NCBI RefSeq assembly: GCF_009914755.1 | Contig: NC_060927.1 | Strand: one strand, 5' to 3' | Source of the DNA: the human T2T-CHM13v2.0 reference genome, Homo sapiens | Length of the DNA: 64,000 nt | The notes under the pieces: model-generated | Database searches by the model: none | Told to the model about the DNA's origin: nothing | The model's input: only the letters and a program-made list of their open reading frames with translations | In this document: piece after piece, positions 35,977 through 48,615 of the stretch | How the letters are laid out: each line of letters begins with the position of its first letter | How positions within the stretch are numbered: position 1 is the first letter of the stretch | Program-made: the position numbers and the translations under genes

Positions 35977-37288
35977 TGAGAGGTGACAGCGTGCTGGCAG
36001 TCCTCACGGCCCTTGCTTGCTCTCGGCGCCTCCTCTTTCTGGGCTCCCACTTCGGCGGCACTTGAGGAGCCCTTCAGCTCGCCGCTGCACTGTGGGAGCC
36101 CCTTTCTGGGCTGGCCAAGGCCGGAGCCAGCTCCCTCAGCTTGCAGGGAGGTGTGGAGGGAGAGGTGCGGGCGGAAACCGGGGCTGCAGGGGTGCTTGCC
36201 GGCCAGCTGGAGTTCGGGTGGGCGTGGGCTGGGCGGGCCCCACACTCAGAGCAGCCAGCCGGCCTGCTGGCCCTGCCTGCCCTGGGCAGTGAGGGGCTTA
36301 GCACCTGGGCCAGCAGCTGCTGTGCTCAATTTCTCCCCGGGCCTTAGCTGCCTTCCCGTGGGTCAGGGCTCAGGACCTGCAGCCCGCCAGGCCTGAGCCT
36401 CCCCCCCACCCCCGCTCCGTGGGCTCCTGTGCAGCCGGAACTTCCCCGACGAGCACCGTCCCCTGCTCCAAGGCGCCCAGTCCCATCGACCATCCAAGGG
36501 CCGAGGAGTGCAGGCGCATGGCACGGGACTGGCAGGCAGCTCCACCTGCGGCCAGGTGCAGGATCCACTGGGTGAAGCCAGCTGGGCTCCTGACTGTTGG
36601 GGACTTGGAGAACCTTTATGTCTAGCTAGGGGATTGTAAACACACCAGTCAGCACCCTGTGTCTAGCTCAGGGTTTGTGAATGCACCAACTGACACTCTG
36701 TATCTAGCTAATCTAGTGGGGAGGTGGAGAACCTTTGTGTCTAGCTCAGGGTTTGCAAACGCACCAATCAGCGCCCTGTCAAAACAGACCACTAGGCTCT
36801 CTGTAAAATGGACCAATCAGCAGGAAGTGGGTGGGGCCAGATAAGAGAATTAAAGCAGGCTGCCCAAGCCCGCAGCGGCAACCCGCTGGCTTCCACAGTG
36901 TGGAAGCTTTGTTCTTTCGCTCTTTGCAATAAATGTTGCTACTGCTCACTCTTTGGGTCCACACTGCCTTTATGAGCTGTTACCACTCACCACGAAGGTC
37001 TGCAGCTTCACTCTTGAAGCCAGCAAGACCACGAACCCACTGGGAGGAACGAACAACTCCAGACGCGCCGCCTTAAGAGCTATAACACTCATCGCGAAGG
37101 TCTGCAGCTTCACTCCTGAGCCAGCGAGACCACGAACCCACCAGAAGGAAGAAACTCTGAACACATCCGAACATCAGAAGGAACAAACTCCGGACAGGCC
37201 GCCTTTAAGAACTGTAACACTCACCGCGAGGGTCCGCGGCTTCATTCTTGAAGTCAATGAGACCAAGAACCCACCAATTCCAGACACA
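35977..37288 (+). mobile_element. LTR12C (ERV9) solo LTR
   Basis: Canonical ends TGAGAGGTGACAGCGTGCTGGCAG...ACCAAGAACCCACCAATTCCAGACACA with a 4-bp TSD TTTT. GC/CpG-rich U3, TCTAGCT...CACCAATCAGC repeats and U5 GAAGGTCTGCAGCTTCACTC repeats. Confidence 0.96.
36620..36935 (+). promoter_or_regulatory. ERV9 LTR enhancer/promoter module (CCAAT boxes, GT box, GATA site, AATAAA)
   Basis: CCAAT at 36764 and 36813, GGGTGGGG near 36829, AGATAA at 36839-36844 and AATAAA at 36928-36933. Activity is not shown by sequence alone. Confidence 0.6.
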
Positions 37289-38152
37289 TTTTGACTTCCC
37301 AGGGCACCCATGAAGATTTCCTCAAAATCTGGCCAATGATGAGATTCTTAAAATAGTCATAAATGCAAGCCATCAAATGATTATGTTTGAGAGTTGGAAA
37401 TATTCCCATTTGACTCTCAGTTTCTTATGAAAATTGATCATTATATATAAATTATTACATATATCAATAATATAAAATATGTAAATATATTATTAAAATG
37501 AATTTTAATAAACTGAGCATTAAGTGGGAATATTTTTATATTTTATATATATATTTTTTTCCATGGCATGTGGTGTTTAAGGGGTACTGCTGTCTTGATG
37601 AAATATAGCATAAACAAGTTTTTCTTACATGTAATAAATTTTATGTCTTAAGCAATTTTAGTTATCATAATAAATTATCTTATGCAATTTTAGTTATATT
37701 AATAAAAGCCCAAACTCACATGTAATATTCAATTAAGTAGGTCATTAATAAAGTAATACTGTGTAACTTTTTCTGAAGAAGGAAGACCTAAGGAAAAATG
37801 TTAGTTTATAACATTTGAAATGATGTTTATTAACTTTAATTAGTATTTTTATATACCTTGAAAGATTATTGATGTGACTTTTAAATAAGCCAATCCAATT
37901 TATTTTTTTGTATCATACCTTTAAATATCTTACCCAGTAAAGAGATACAGAAAATAGATCTGGCCAAATCTTAAGAATTAAAAGTCTCCTTTTATATATA
38001 TATCTCTTTTTACCTAATTTATTTTAATTGTGTGTTATATATAGCATGGGGAAAAAATAATACCAGCCCAATTGATTAGGCTTGGGAAGTAAAAAAAAAA
38101 ATGTGATTGTAAAGGTAGATAGGATTGATTGTGTAAAATGGTAGTGAAATTT

Positions 38153-38547
38153 TGTATTAGTGTGCCAGGGCTGCAACGACAAAATATCAAAGACTGGATG
38201 ACTTAAAACACAGAAAGGTATTTTCTCAGAATTCTGGGGCCTAGAAGTCCAAAATCAAGGCATTGGTAGGATTGATTTCTCCTGAGGACTCTTGCTTTGA
38301 CTTGAAAATGGCCACCTATTCTCTGTGACATTATATGGTCACCCTTTAGTATGTGTGTTGTCTATATCCTAAGTATCGCTTTTTATTAGGACATCAGTCA
38401 TATTGAATTAGGACCTATACATGTAGCTACATTTTACTTTAATTACCTCATTAATACTCCTACCTCCAAATATAATCACATTCTGAGCTACTGGGGATAA
38501 AGACTTCAACAGGTAAGTTTTGGAGGGATACAATTTAGCCAAAACTA
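38153..38547 (-). mobile_element. MaLR LTR (MLT1B-like)
   Basis: TGTATTAG..TGCCAGGGCTGC...CTAGAAGTCCAAAATCAAGG...CACATTCTGAGCTACTGGGG..AAGACTTCAACA. Confidence 0.8.
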
Positions 38548-39139
38548 AATTCTGAATAAAATTTAGAATGATATGCTGGTGGTAAATGTAGAAATATATG
38601 GACCAATCACTTTAAATGTAGTAATTTCCAATAATAAAATAAATACAGACTTCTGTATAAATTGGAATAAAATAGACTAGTTAAAAAGACAGAATGCTAC
38701 TTATTTAATATTAAATATGAATTAAGAATAACTTTAATGCATGATGTATTTATGAGCCATGTAATTACTTACAAGGTTGGAAAATGCCTAACAAAGTGAA
38801 GTCAGGAACAAGAAAAGCTATCTTGAAATAAAAACTTAAGGACTGCAAATTTTTTTTGACATTTGATCCAGAAAAAGTATCTCTATAAACTTCAAAACAT
38901 TTATTTGTTTTTGATGACTACTTTGAATCTATAATCAATAGACTATGAGCTTTGAACAACTAATGAAACACCTGTCCCTGTCATAGCCAATTTGGGCCGA
39001 GGCATCAGGGCAGAGATGGAAGTTGCGGGAGTGGCAGGAGTGGATGAGCTCACCTGGGGACTTCGCAGAGAAAGGAGACAGCTGTGGAGATCAAGGCTCC
39101 TGGGAAGTTGTTTGGCATGGTTTGTCCAGAGACAGGACA

Positions 39140-39485
39140 TGCTATAGCAGAAACTTCAGGCCTGGTAATCTACAAAAAAAAAAAAAAAAAATTAAAAATA
39201 GAAGGAATGTGTAGCTTGCAGTTCTGGGGGCTTGAAAATCCAAAATAAAGGCATTAATAGATTCAGTGTTCTGGTGAGGACCTGTTTCTCATAGACAGGA
39301 CCTTCTGTGTCTTCACATGGTAGAAGTGCAAAACAGCCCCACTTTTATAAGGGAATTAATACTATTCTTGAGATCGTCACTCGCATGATCTAATCGACTT
39401 CTAAATGTCCTGCCTCTTAATACTATTGCACGGGGGATTAAGTTTCAAGGTATAAATTTTGAGGGGACACCAACAATTAAGCAAT
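39140..39485 (-). mobile_element. MaLR LTR (MSTD/MLT1A-like) lacking its left terminus
   Basis: TGCTATAGCAGAAAC...CAGTTCTGGGGGCTTGAAAATCCAA...CTGGTGAGGACCTG...GGGGATTAAGTTTCAA. Confidence 0.7.
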
Positions 39486-39692
39486 GCCTAAATAGAGCAC
39501 CCTCTGTTTGTTATTTTAAAGATAATCTCTTCTTAAATAATATGTTTTATTGACTAGTTACAGTAAGAATAGAAGAATAAAAACATTTTACACAACAATT
39601 CTGTTTTGATTTGTACATGCTTCAGTTGTTTTGAAAACTAATATTTTATACCATAAATAACAAACGAAAAATTCAGGGTCGTATATAAGCCA

Positions 39693-39969
39693 TGTCTTAG
39701 TCCATTTCTGCTGCTATAGTAAAGTACCAGATACTGGGTAACAGAAATTAATTGGCTCACAGTTCTAGAGTCTGGAAAGTCAAAAATCAAGAGGTCAGCA
39801 TCTGCTTAGAGCTTTCATGATGCATCTTTCCAAAGGCAAAAGAGAAAACCCACTCCTAAAATCTGTTTTATAAAAGTGTTAAATCGCCTCTGAAAGCCTC
39901 ACCTGATAATAATGTCACAATGGCAATTAAATTGCAACGTGTTTCTGAGGGAAGACTCAAACCGTAACA
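39693..39969 (-). mobile_element. MaLR LTR (MSTC-like), internally shortened
   Basis: TGTCTTAGTCCATTTCTGCTGCTAT...CACAATGGCAATTAAATTGCAAC...CAAACCGTAACA. TSD AGCCA/ATCCA. Confidence 0.75.
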
Positions 39970-41894
39970 ATCCATAAGCGGAAAGATAAAAAATTTTTAG
40001 AAAAAATAAAAGTGACAAGGGTTAGAATAGTAATACATGTTGTTAGACTGTAGGTGGAATTTGAATAAAGCATAAGGGATATTCTTAAAAATTTGGGGTG
40101 TCAGAATTCTCTACTGACCTAAAAGCATAAACCACCTTTGCTTAGCCTCTTGCCTGTTGTGATTCAGGCTGTCCCTTTGCAAAACAGACTGACTTGATTG
40201 TGACTACTAAATATCATTGCTGTGCATGCAAAATTTTAAGCAATAAGCAATAGCCTCATCTTATATGAAGACTATAGAATAAAAGAAATAATATTAGGAG
40301 TTTTGAATTCTTGTACTTACATTTTCTTGTTTAGTCCAGTTGTGGACAGCAACTATTATAGTATCCAAATAGTTCATGTATTAATGATGAGACAAGCAAT
40401 TCGAGTTTTAATTTGAGGGATTCATTTCCACTGTAGCATATTGAAAGTAGTCACTCATTTTCAAATAGCAGCTGCTGACATCTCAGTAAGAATTTGAAAA
40501 ATTTTATTTAGAAACCAATCTGCTTACACATAACTTATGTAAGTTGTTTCCCTCATTCTTCATTGCAGAGGATATCTGCATAAAAAAGGAATACTTATTT
40601 CTTCAGAATTCATCTGTGATAGCAGTTTTGCCACCTAAAATGATAATTTTCTCTCTGTGGCATCAAAACTGATAGCTTTGGAAAGACTGAGACTTGCAAA
40701 AATGCTTTTATTTTTACACAAATAATATATACTTTCTCGTTATAACTATTTCCAAGATCTTTTTGGAAGTAATACTGCCATGATAGTGTTATAAAATGTC
40801 TCAATAATATTAATTTGAAAAAGTTGTATCTTTGTTTATCCTCAACATTTAATTGTAATAGTCGATTCCCATTATAATATAAATTATAACGGGTAATTAA
40901 ATGTCATAATTTTAGAAATATTACAGAATATTTGTCATGTATCTCTCTTTTGATCTTCTCATAAACTTTATACGAAAGGTGTTATTTCATTACTGATGAA
41001 TAAATTAAGGTATTAACATCCATCTACTAATGGAAGTTAAACTTTTACCATCCCATAAGAAATATTAACATCTGCCAGATATTGCTTCTTTGAACATTTT
41101 AAAATTAAAGAAATGTAATAAGAAAGACAAATAATGCAAAAAGCTATAGTCTTTTTTTTACATTGGTTGCAATTTATTTGATGAAGGAAACCGTATTCAG
41201 AGTGCGAAGCACACTTCCTTTAATTAAATGTAAGTGTAATATGTGTCTTGTTTTTAGAAGGTTTAGAGTATATGCTATATAAACTGTGCTGTTCTGAGAT
41301 GATGATAGTCAAGTGTTATCAATATTAAATGATAAAGCTACAGTTCAATAAAAATATTGTATTCAATTTATAATAAAATATTGTGTGCAAGTATAAGCTC
41401 AACTAAAATTGTGCTAAAAACAATTAAAAATCAGGACTTGCAAATCTTCAAAAGCAATGAAATCTAACACGAATGTTGCATATTACTCTTTCATTTTGTG
41501 CAACTTGTTAGGTAATTTTGAAGGAAACTATGATTGTGAATCAAAACACTATTTTTAAAGGTGTCTAATAGAGATATTCTTAAAATCCATAAAGTACATG
41601 TGTTACATTAATCGTTGAAATTCCTACTTAAGGATACTTTAAATAGTGGAATTTAATTATAGTGTCTTTTACACGGAATGACATGAATAATGCTGAGCAC
41701 AAGGAGCTGGATATAACAGAGCAGGTGCTGAGTAACTGTGTGGTGTTACAAGCCCCTTGGGGACAGTAACTGATACTAGGGCTACTCTGTAGTTGTTAGA
41801 ATGATGCATTTTTTGATTTGGGTAAAGTTTTGTTAAAGTGTTAAATTTGCAACATTATTTTTGCTATAGAGTTAGGATTTGTAAACATATATAC

Positions 41895-42730
41895 TTATAA
41901 CCTAAATAACAGAGAAAAACTCTCAAAAAGGAAATGATATTTATTCAGGAATAGGGCATTGCAATGAAAATATGCATACCATAGTAAACTATGTGCATAT
42001 TCAAGAAGGTAAAGGAAGTCAAAGTTTTTAAAGAAAAAATGAGGAGGATTGGATTATAATTTTGAAATAATTATCCTTGCCTGCAAAGATCAATAACAAT
42101 ATAGTCTAAGGTTGTACTAGAACTTGATCAGTCTAAGGTTGTACTAGAACTTGCTGGGTAGATGATCTTGAAGTATTTTTTGTTTAAGGTGGTAATGGCT
42201 TTTGTTTAGGGTTGTGGCTTTTAGAGTCTTTTGTGATAGTTCTTATTGTCAGGCATTTGTGCATCAGAACTCTCTCTTCACAGCCATCTCTGGGTTTATT
42301 AATCAGTTTTTTTCTCAACACCAATGATATGGTTTGGCTCTGCGTCCTCACGCAAATCTCATGTAGAATTATAATCCCCATATCTCAAGGGAGGTGCCTG
42401 GTGGGGCTTAACTGGATCATGGGAGCAGATTTCCCTATTGCTGTTCTCATGATAGGAGGGACTTTTCATGAGATCTGATGGTTTAAAAGTGTATGGCATT
42501 TCCCTTCACTCTCACTCCCTCTCCTGCTCTGCCATGGTAAAGATGTTCTTGCTTCCCCTTTGTCTCCTGCCATGATTGTAAGTTTCCTGAGGCCTCTCAG
42601 TCGTGCTTCTGGTACAGCCTATAGAATTGTGAATCAAACCTCTTTTCTTCATGAATTACTCAGTCTCAGGTAGTACTTTATGGCAGTGTGAGAATAAAGT
42701 AATACAACCAGTAACTCCCTTTGTTTTCTT
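41895..42730 (-). mobile_element. MER65-like ERV1 LTR (3' LTR of the provirus), interrupted by MSTA
   Basis: Homologous to 47295-47690 (CATAGTAAACTATGTGCATA..CA.GAAGGTAAAGGAAG.CAAAG; ATTTGTGCAT.AGAACTCTCT). Confidence 0.8.
42325..42706 (+). mobile_element. MaLR LTR (MSTA-like)
   Basis: TGATATGGTTTGGCTCTG...CATGATTGTAAGTTTCCTGAGGCCTC...TAATACA. TSD ACCAA/ACCAG. Confidence 0.9.
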
Positions 42731-44470
42731 TTTTTATTACTTTAAATTTTCATAGGTATATAGTAGGTGTAAATATTTTAGGGATACATAAGATATTTTG
42801 ATACAGGTATACAATATGTAATAATCACATTAGGGTAAATGGGGTATCTATGACCTCAAGCATTTATCCCTTTTTTTGTTACAAACAATCCAATTATAAT
42901 TTTAACTATTTTAAAATGTACAATAAATTATTGACTGTAGTCACCCTCTTGTGCAATCAAATATTAGATCATATTGGTTCTGAGTATAGTTTTGTACTCA
43001 CTAATGATCTCTACCTTCTCACCCCTGACCACCCAGGTACATTCTCTGTGTTTTACCATAAAATATGTTGAAATTTATCAAATGATTTTCAGCAATTGAA
43101 ATAATCATATGGTGTGTGTAAATGCTCATTCTGTTGATATAATGTATCACATTGATTGATTCACGTATATTGAACCATCCTTGCATTCCTGTGATAAATC
43201 CCACTTGGTAATAGTGGGTGATCTTTGTAATATGTTGTTGGATTTGGTTTGCTTGTATTTTATTGAGAATTTTTACATCAATGTTCCTCAGGAATATTGG
43301 CATGTAGTTTTCTTCTTTTGTTGTATCTTTGTCTAGTTTTGGTATCAGTATAATACTAGTCATAGAATGAGTTTGGAACTATTCCCTCCTCTTCTATTTT
43401 TCAGAATAGTTTGAGTTGGATTAATATTAGTTCTTTTTTTAAATGTTCGGTAAACTTCAGCATTAAAGCCACCAGTTCCTAATCTTTTCTGTGCTTGGAG
43501 GTGTCTATTACCATTTCAATCTTTATCCATTTCTTCTAGGTTCTAGGTTCTCCAGGTTTTTTTTTTTTTTTTGGCAAATAGTTGTTCAGAGTAGTCTCTA
43601 TTGATTCTTTGAATTTCTGTGGTATTAATTATACTGCCTACTTTTTCATCCCTGATTTTATTTTTTTTGGTCTTCAATGCATTTTTTCTTAATTAGTTTG
43701 GCTAAAGGTTTCTCTATTTTGTTTATCTTCTTAGAAAAAAAAACTTTTCATTTCACTGATTTTTTTGTATTATTTTCTTCATTTCAATTTCATTTATTTC
43801 TGCTCTGATCTTTGTATGTTTTCTTCTACTAATTTTGAGACTGGTTTGCTCCTGTTTTTCTAAGTCTTTAGGAGGCATTGTTAAAATATTTATTTGATTT
43901 TTTTTAACTTTTTTGGTGTAGATGCTGATTGCTATAAACTTTTCTGTTAGTGTTGCTTTGGCTGTATCCCACATAATTTGGTATGTTACGTTTTTATTTT
44001 CATTTGTTTCAAGAATCTTCTAAATTATTTTCTTAATTTCTACATTTACCCAATGCTCATTCAGGACCATATTGTTTAATTTCCATATGTTTTTATTGTT
44101 TCTAAAGTTTCTTTCATTATTGGATTCTAGGTTTATTCCATTGTGGTCAGAGAAGACATTGGATTTCATTTTTTTTAAATTTTTTAAAGCTTTGTTTTAT
44201 GGCCTTACATATGGTCTTTGAGAATGATCCACAGGCTGAGAAGAAAAAATGTATATTCTGCAGTTGTCGGGTGAAATGTTATGTAAATATTTATTTGGTT
44301 AATTTATCCTATAGTGCTGATTTAGTTTGATGTTTATTTTGTTGGTTTTCTGTCTGGATTATCTGTACCATGCTGAAAGTTGGGTGTTGAAGTCTCCACC
44401 TAGTATTGGGGTCTATACCAATACTATAGTTCTAATAATATTTGCTTTATATATATGTGTGTGGCTCCAG
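42730..44470 (-). mobile_element. L1MA3/4-like LINE-1 with the 3'UTR joined to the EN/RT part of ORF2 (internal deletion)
   Basis: The 3' end spans 42730-43035. ORF2p remnants are ORF 43019-43363 ([10 protein letters not shown]...[14 protein letters not shown]) and ORF 43753-43974 (WDTAKATLTEKFIA). Confidence 0.85.
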
Positions 44471-44482
44471 TGTGGGGTGCCT

Positions 44483-44513
<31 letters not shown>

Positions 44514-44559
44514 ATACATATATTACAATAAATATACACAATATGTAATAATAAATATT

Positions 44560-47294
44560 CTAATTCAGCACAGCTGAATTCTAACACAGCTTATATTTTT
44601 GGCACACTTTCTTTACAAATTAGAATTTTAATTAGTAACCTTAATTTTTAGTAAAAACTGAGGAAGAAAGCAATTTTTAACATTTGTCAAACATCAGTAT
44701 TTTTTAGATAAGAATGATTTTATAATTTTAGAAATATGTTTCTTCATAACATAATTTGTAAATGTACTAATAGTCTCAAATACATTTAGTATTTCTATAA
44801 AATGTTAAAAGCCAAGGAAGACATTTATTTTCAACAATTTGTTTTAGTTTTTAATACTTATACATCTTATATGGAAATGATTCAGACATTAATGAAAATT
44901 TATCACTTAATTTACCTTAAAAATACATATAATTTCAAATTACATTAAAAGTTTACTTATAAATCTCCAAGTTATTTACATTTACCTAATTTATTTATTT
45001 TTTACAGTTAACAATTATACCCAGATTACCTATGAAAATTGAGACATTAGACAAATCTAGTCATCCTTTCAAGTCATTTCCCTGCTAATCACTTTTATAG
45101 CCAGTGATGATCAGTTGTTCATCTCTGTAAGAACTCTAAATTTAAATACATAGTTACTTTGCTGATCACTCAGTTTGTACACATATTTTTATTAAACAAA
45201 TAATATTAAATTAATACTACATATGAAAGTGTTAAATAAAGATAATTCTATTTTGGGTTTCTAGTTTTATAACTTTAAAATAAATATCAGAGATAAATAC
45301 TATCTTATCTGAGCAGTAAATTCAGGCAAACATGTATGCTGAAAAATTTGATGACATTTCTGTTTTTATTTTATCAGTAATTTACAAATCAGCATATTTA
45401 TCAGAGATTCACTTAAGTCACATAAATTAAAATGCATTGGGGTTAATTAATATATATTTTTATATGAGCATTTATTTACCTAAGCAAATCTGAATCAAAT
45501 TTCTTACTTATTTCTGACTGACTATACCAGATTTTACCCTGTGGACACAATATACAACATAATACATGCAAATATGTGTAAGCATGGCTAAATTCATATG
45601 TACAAAAAAATCTTATAGCTTTCATTTTAGGTTTTTAGTCATGAGATAGTAGCACAAACATAATGGTTTATAAAAAATAGGTGAATCCAAATTACAATTC
45701 TGACTAAACGAGACATCTGTTCATATGGTTAATTTTTTTTCTTTTTTGCCCTGATTGGTAATCTGATGAAGGCTGTAGATTAAAGTTTTGGGTAAAGCAG
45801 TTTGGCTTAAAAATCTCCTTCTCATTTTTTCCTCCTTTTTTAGTTTCAAATGAGTTTAAATTTTCATTTTTGACATTTTAGCTAGGACTGGCAGAATTGT
45901 ATAAGAAAAAACAAAATCTCCAAGTACCCTTGAACTAGCAATAAAATCAATTTTTTGTTTGCCAAAAAGTTGTTTGACTAGTCAATGCAGTCAGGAAAGC
46001 ATTTTAGCTTTTTTGTTTTATTTTGTTTTTCTGTGACTTGCATGACAGAAAAACCAAAAGTTGTATGCTGAACACAGATATTTTAATTGTTGCTCTGGGC
46101 TTAAGATTTTTACCGGTTTTATCTGAGAAAACTTTTATAAGCATTTCTTTAGTCATTTTTATTTTAGACTATTAACATTTCAGTGAACTGTTCTGTCACC
46201 CCCACATGATTATTAGCCAGGAAAACCTAAATGTACCTTTCCAAAAGGTATTTAAGTTGTTACAATTTGGAAAGCCATTGATTTGAAAATGCCTCAAAAA
46301 CTTTCTTTTTTATTTTTTTATATTGGCTGGAATGCCATGAGCAGTAAGTTTTATCTCAACATCTGGAGAAGAGTCAGCAAATTCAAAGTAAGCAGATAAA
46401 TCAACAACAACAACAAAAAAGAGAAAACTTAGGTTCTACATATTAATTTATAGTTGTAGTCTCTTAATTGGATAGCAAGAATCAAAAAGTTTGGGGAGTT
46501 GTAATCCCCAAGATGGTCATTGACCCAAAATGTGCACAAGAAAAATCTATGTAGCTAACTTGAGTCCCAGAGATCTCGGCAGATCTTAATGTTTGAAATT
46601 CTCATTACATTTTATGTAATTGCTTGAAAGCAAAGAAAATTATATAAACTCTGTCACTGAATGTCAGAAGTTTGAACCAGTGTTTAGATGATGGCAACTG
46701 TCCTAGTGGCTTTTAAGGAGCCATCCCGGGTCCACCATTTAGAATACTTATTTTTGCTCTTAGATTTCCCGAAAGTAGCTAGGGAAAAGAGCTGAATATT
46801 TTGCAGATGCATGCAATCAAATCAAAATGAAACCAAAATCAGAGTGCTCACAAAAATTGTAACCCGGACATAAAGATCAAACAAAATATTAAATTAGGCA
46901 TGCAAAAAGAAACAAAAGTAAATTCACCAGAAAAGACATGCCTCATAGAATGCAAATTCTGTAGAAACTAGAGCACTCAAACCAAAAGGACACTTGTGTT
47001 TACATAAGAAAGAACTTTCCAGGGAAGATAAAATAATCTTTTATTATCTTAGGAGGAATGTAAGGTCCTTTATTAAAGGTAGCCTTATAATCAAAACAAA
47101 TCCTGAACAAAGTTTAAAAAACCTTCTAACAAAAAGAAGTCTTTCCCTGAGAAAAGATTCACCAGGGCAGAAAGGGCAATCTGTGGAAGTGGAGAGCTGT
47201 AAGGGCTCATGTGGGTACTGCACCACAGCCCCAGTAATTGCTGATTTCTTCTGAATGTGATCTTGCTTCATGGCCTGCTTCTGGACACTATGTG
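44560..47294 (-). mobile_element. Non-coding ERV1 internal sequence (MER65-int/MER4-group-like) with primer-binding site
   Basis: Lies between two homologous LTRs. The reverse strand just after the 5' LTR reads TAGTGTCCAGAAGCAGG (47290-47274), resembling the tRNA-Leu PBS TGGTGTCAGAAGTGGG. Confidence 0.65.
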
Positions 47295-47690
47295 TGTCAA
47301 TCTAAATAACAAAAAGAAAGAAGCTCTCTAAAATAAGATGAAATATCATTTCATCTTATATTTATTTGGGGATAGGGCATTTCAATAGGAATATGTGTGT
47401 CATAGTAAACTACGTGCATAATCAGGAAGGTAAAGGAAGACAAAGATTTTTAACAAAACGATCAGGAGGATAACAATTGTTTTAGATAAAGAGCTTCAGT
47501 GATAGGGATCACTAATAAGTGTGGTGCCAATCTGAGGTTGGACTGGCAGTTGTTGGGCAGATGTCTTTACAGGAGTATTTTTTGGTGTAAGGCTGTGATG
47601 GCTTTTGTGCAAGGTGCAGTTTTTGAAATCTTTTATGATAGCTTTTGTTATCAGGTATTTGTGCATGAGAACTCTCTTTTTATTACCTTT
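47295..47690 (-). mobile_element. MER65-like ERV1 LTR (5' LTR, U3 end truncated)
   Basis: Direct homolog of 41895-42324. The translated ORFs 42184-42381 and 47496-47699 share RVLMHK.L...ITKD/IIKD. Confidence 0.8.
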
Positions 47691-48615
47691 ACATATCAAT
47701 AAAAATTTTCATAGTACTCACACATGTTACCATTTTTAAAGTTTGAAAAAGTCACATGAAAAGTATCAAAACATTTCTCAGGATTTTTCATTAGATATTT
47801 GTGGTATTATTATTATATCTCTAATTTTTAAATTTACTTTCTTCTCCCATTTTGTTCCAGTATAATTAATAAGAATATTAAACTAAAATACATATATTTT
47901 ATGTTTTATTTGTAAAATGTATTTTTTTTACAAAATTAGCTCCTAATTCTTAATGAAATATAAATGCATGTGTATTTCCTTTTACTTCAGTAGGTTTTCC
48001 TTTTGTGATCTTTAACTAAACTGTGAGAAGATGGATATAAAAAAGCACAGATACATAGAGAAAAATATAATTAATTTTTTGCTTCATGGTCTTGTGATGT
48101 AACATGTAAAAAAGAAATGAGGTTAAGCTTAATCCTGAAAATTTTATTTTCTCTTTTCTTCAAAAATGTATTGTTTTAATGTTCTTCTTTCTTGTCATTT
48201 TCAAGATGTAGTCTATTTGGTCATGCTGATTGTATTGAATTTAATGTGCATCATAGTAAAAATGTCAGAAACTGTTAGCAGAATCTTCCAACATTCAGCC
48301 ATTTTCAGTTTTTACTGTTTAAGAAAAACAGAATCTGAATTAGTTGTACAAATTTAAAAGTCAAGAGATTTCATATAAATATCTGGATTTGTTTTCTAAA
48401 ACATTTTGAACACACCTTGACATAATTCCTAATTTTGCTTAACCCGAATTATGTATGTTTCTCCCATTAAGCTGTGCTGACTGTCTCTAGTTCATTATAG
48501 CCCTTACCATGCACCAGTAACTACTTTGATTAACTTAATATTTCCCTTTGCTCATTTATATTAGTTCCCTACCTGTACTAATATGACATTATATGTAAGA
48601 GACTATATACTTAAT

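Noticed and set aside
35916-37294. Cluster of GC-rich overlapping ORFs or a CpG-island gene promoter
   Set aside because: These lie essentially within LTR12C, where high GC suppresses stop codons.
38971-39191. Processed pseudogene ending in the A18 run at 39174-39191
   Set aside because: The A run sits inside the MaLR LTR at a normally A-rich position. There is no upstream AATAAA, no TSD and no recognisable coding sequence.
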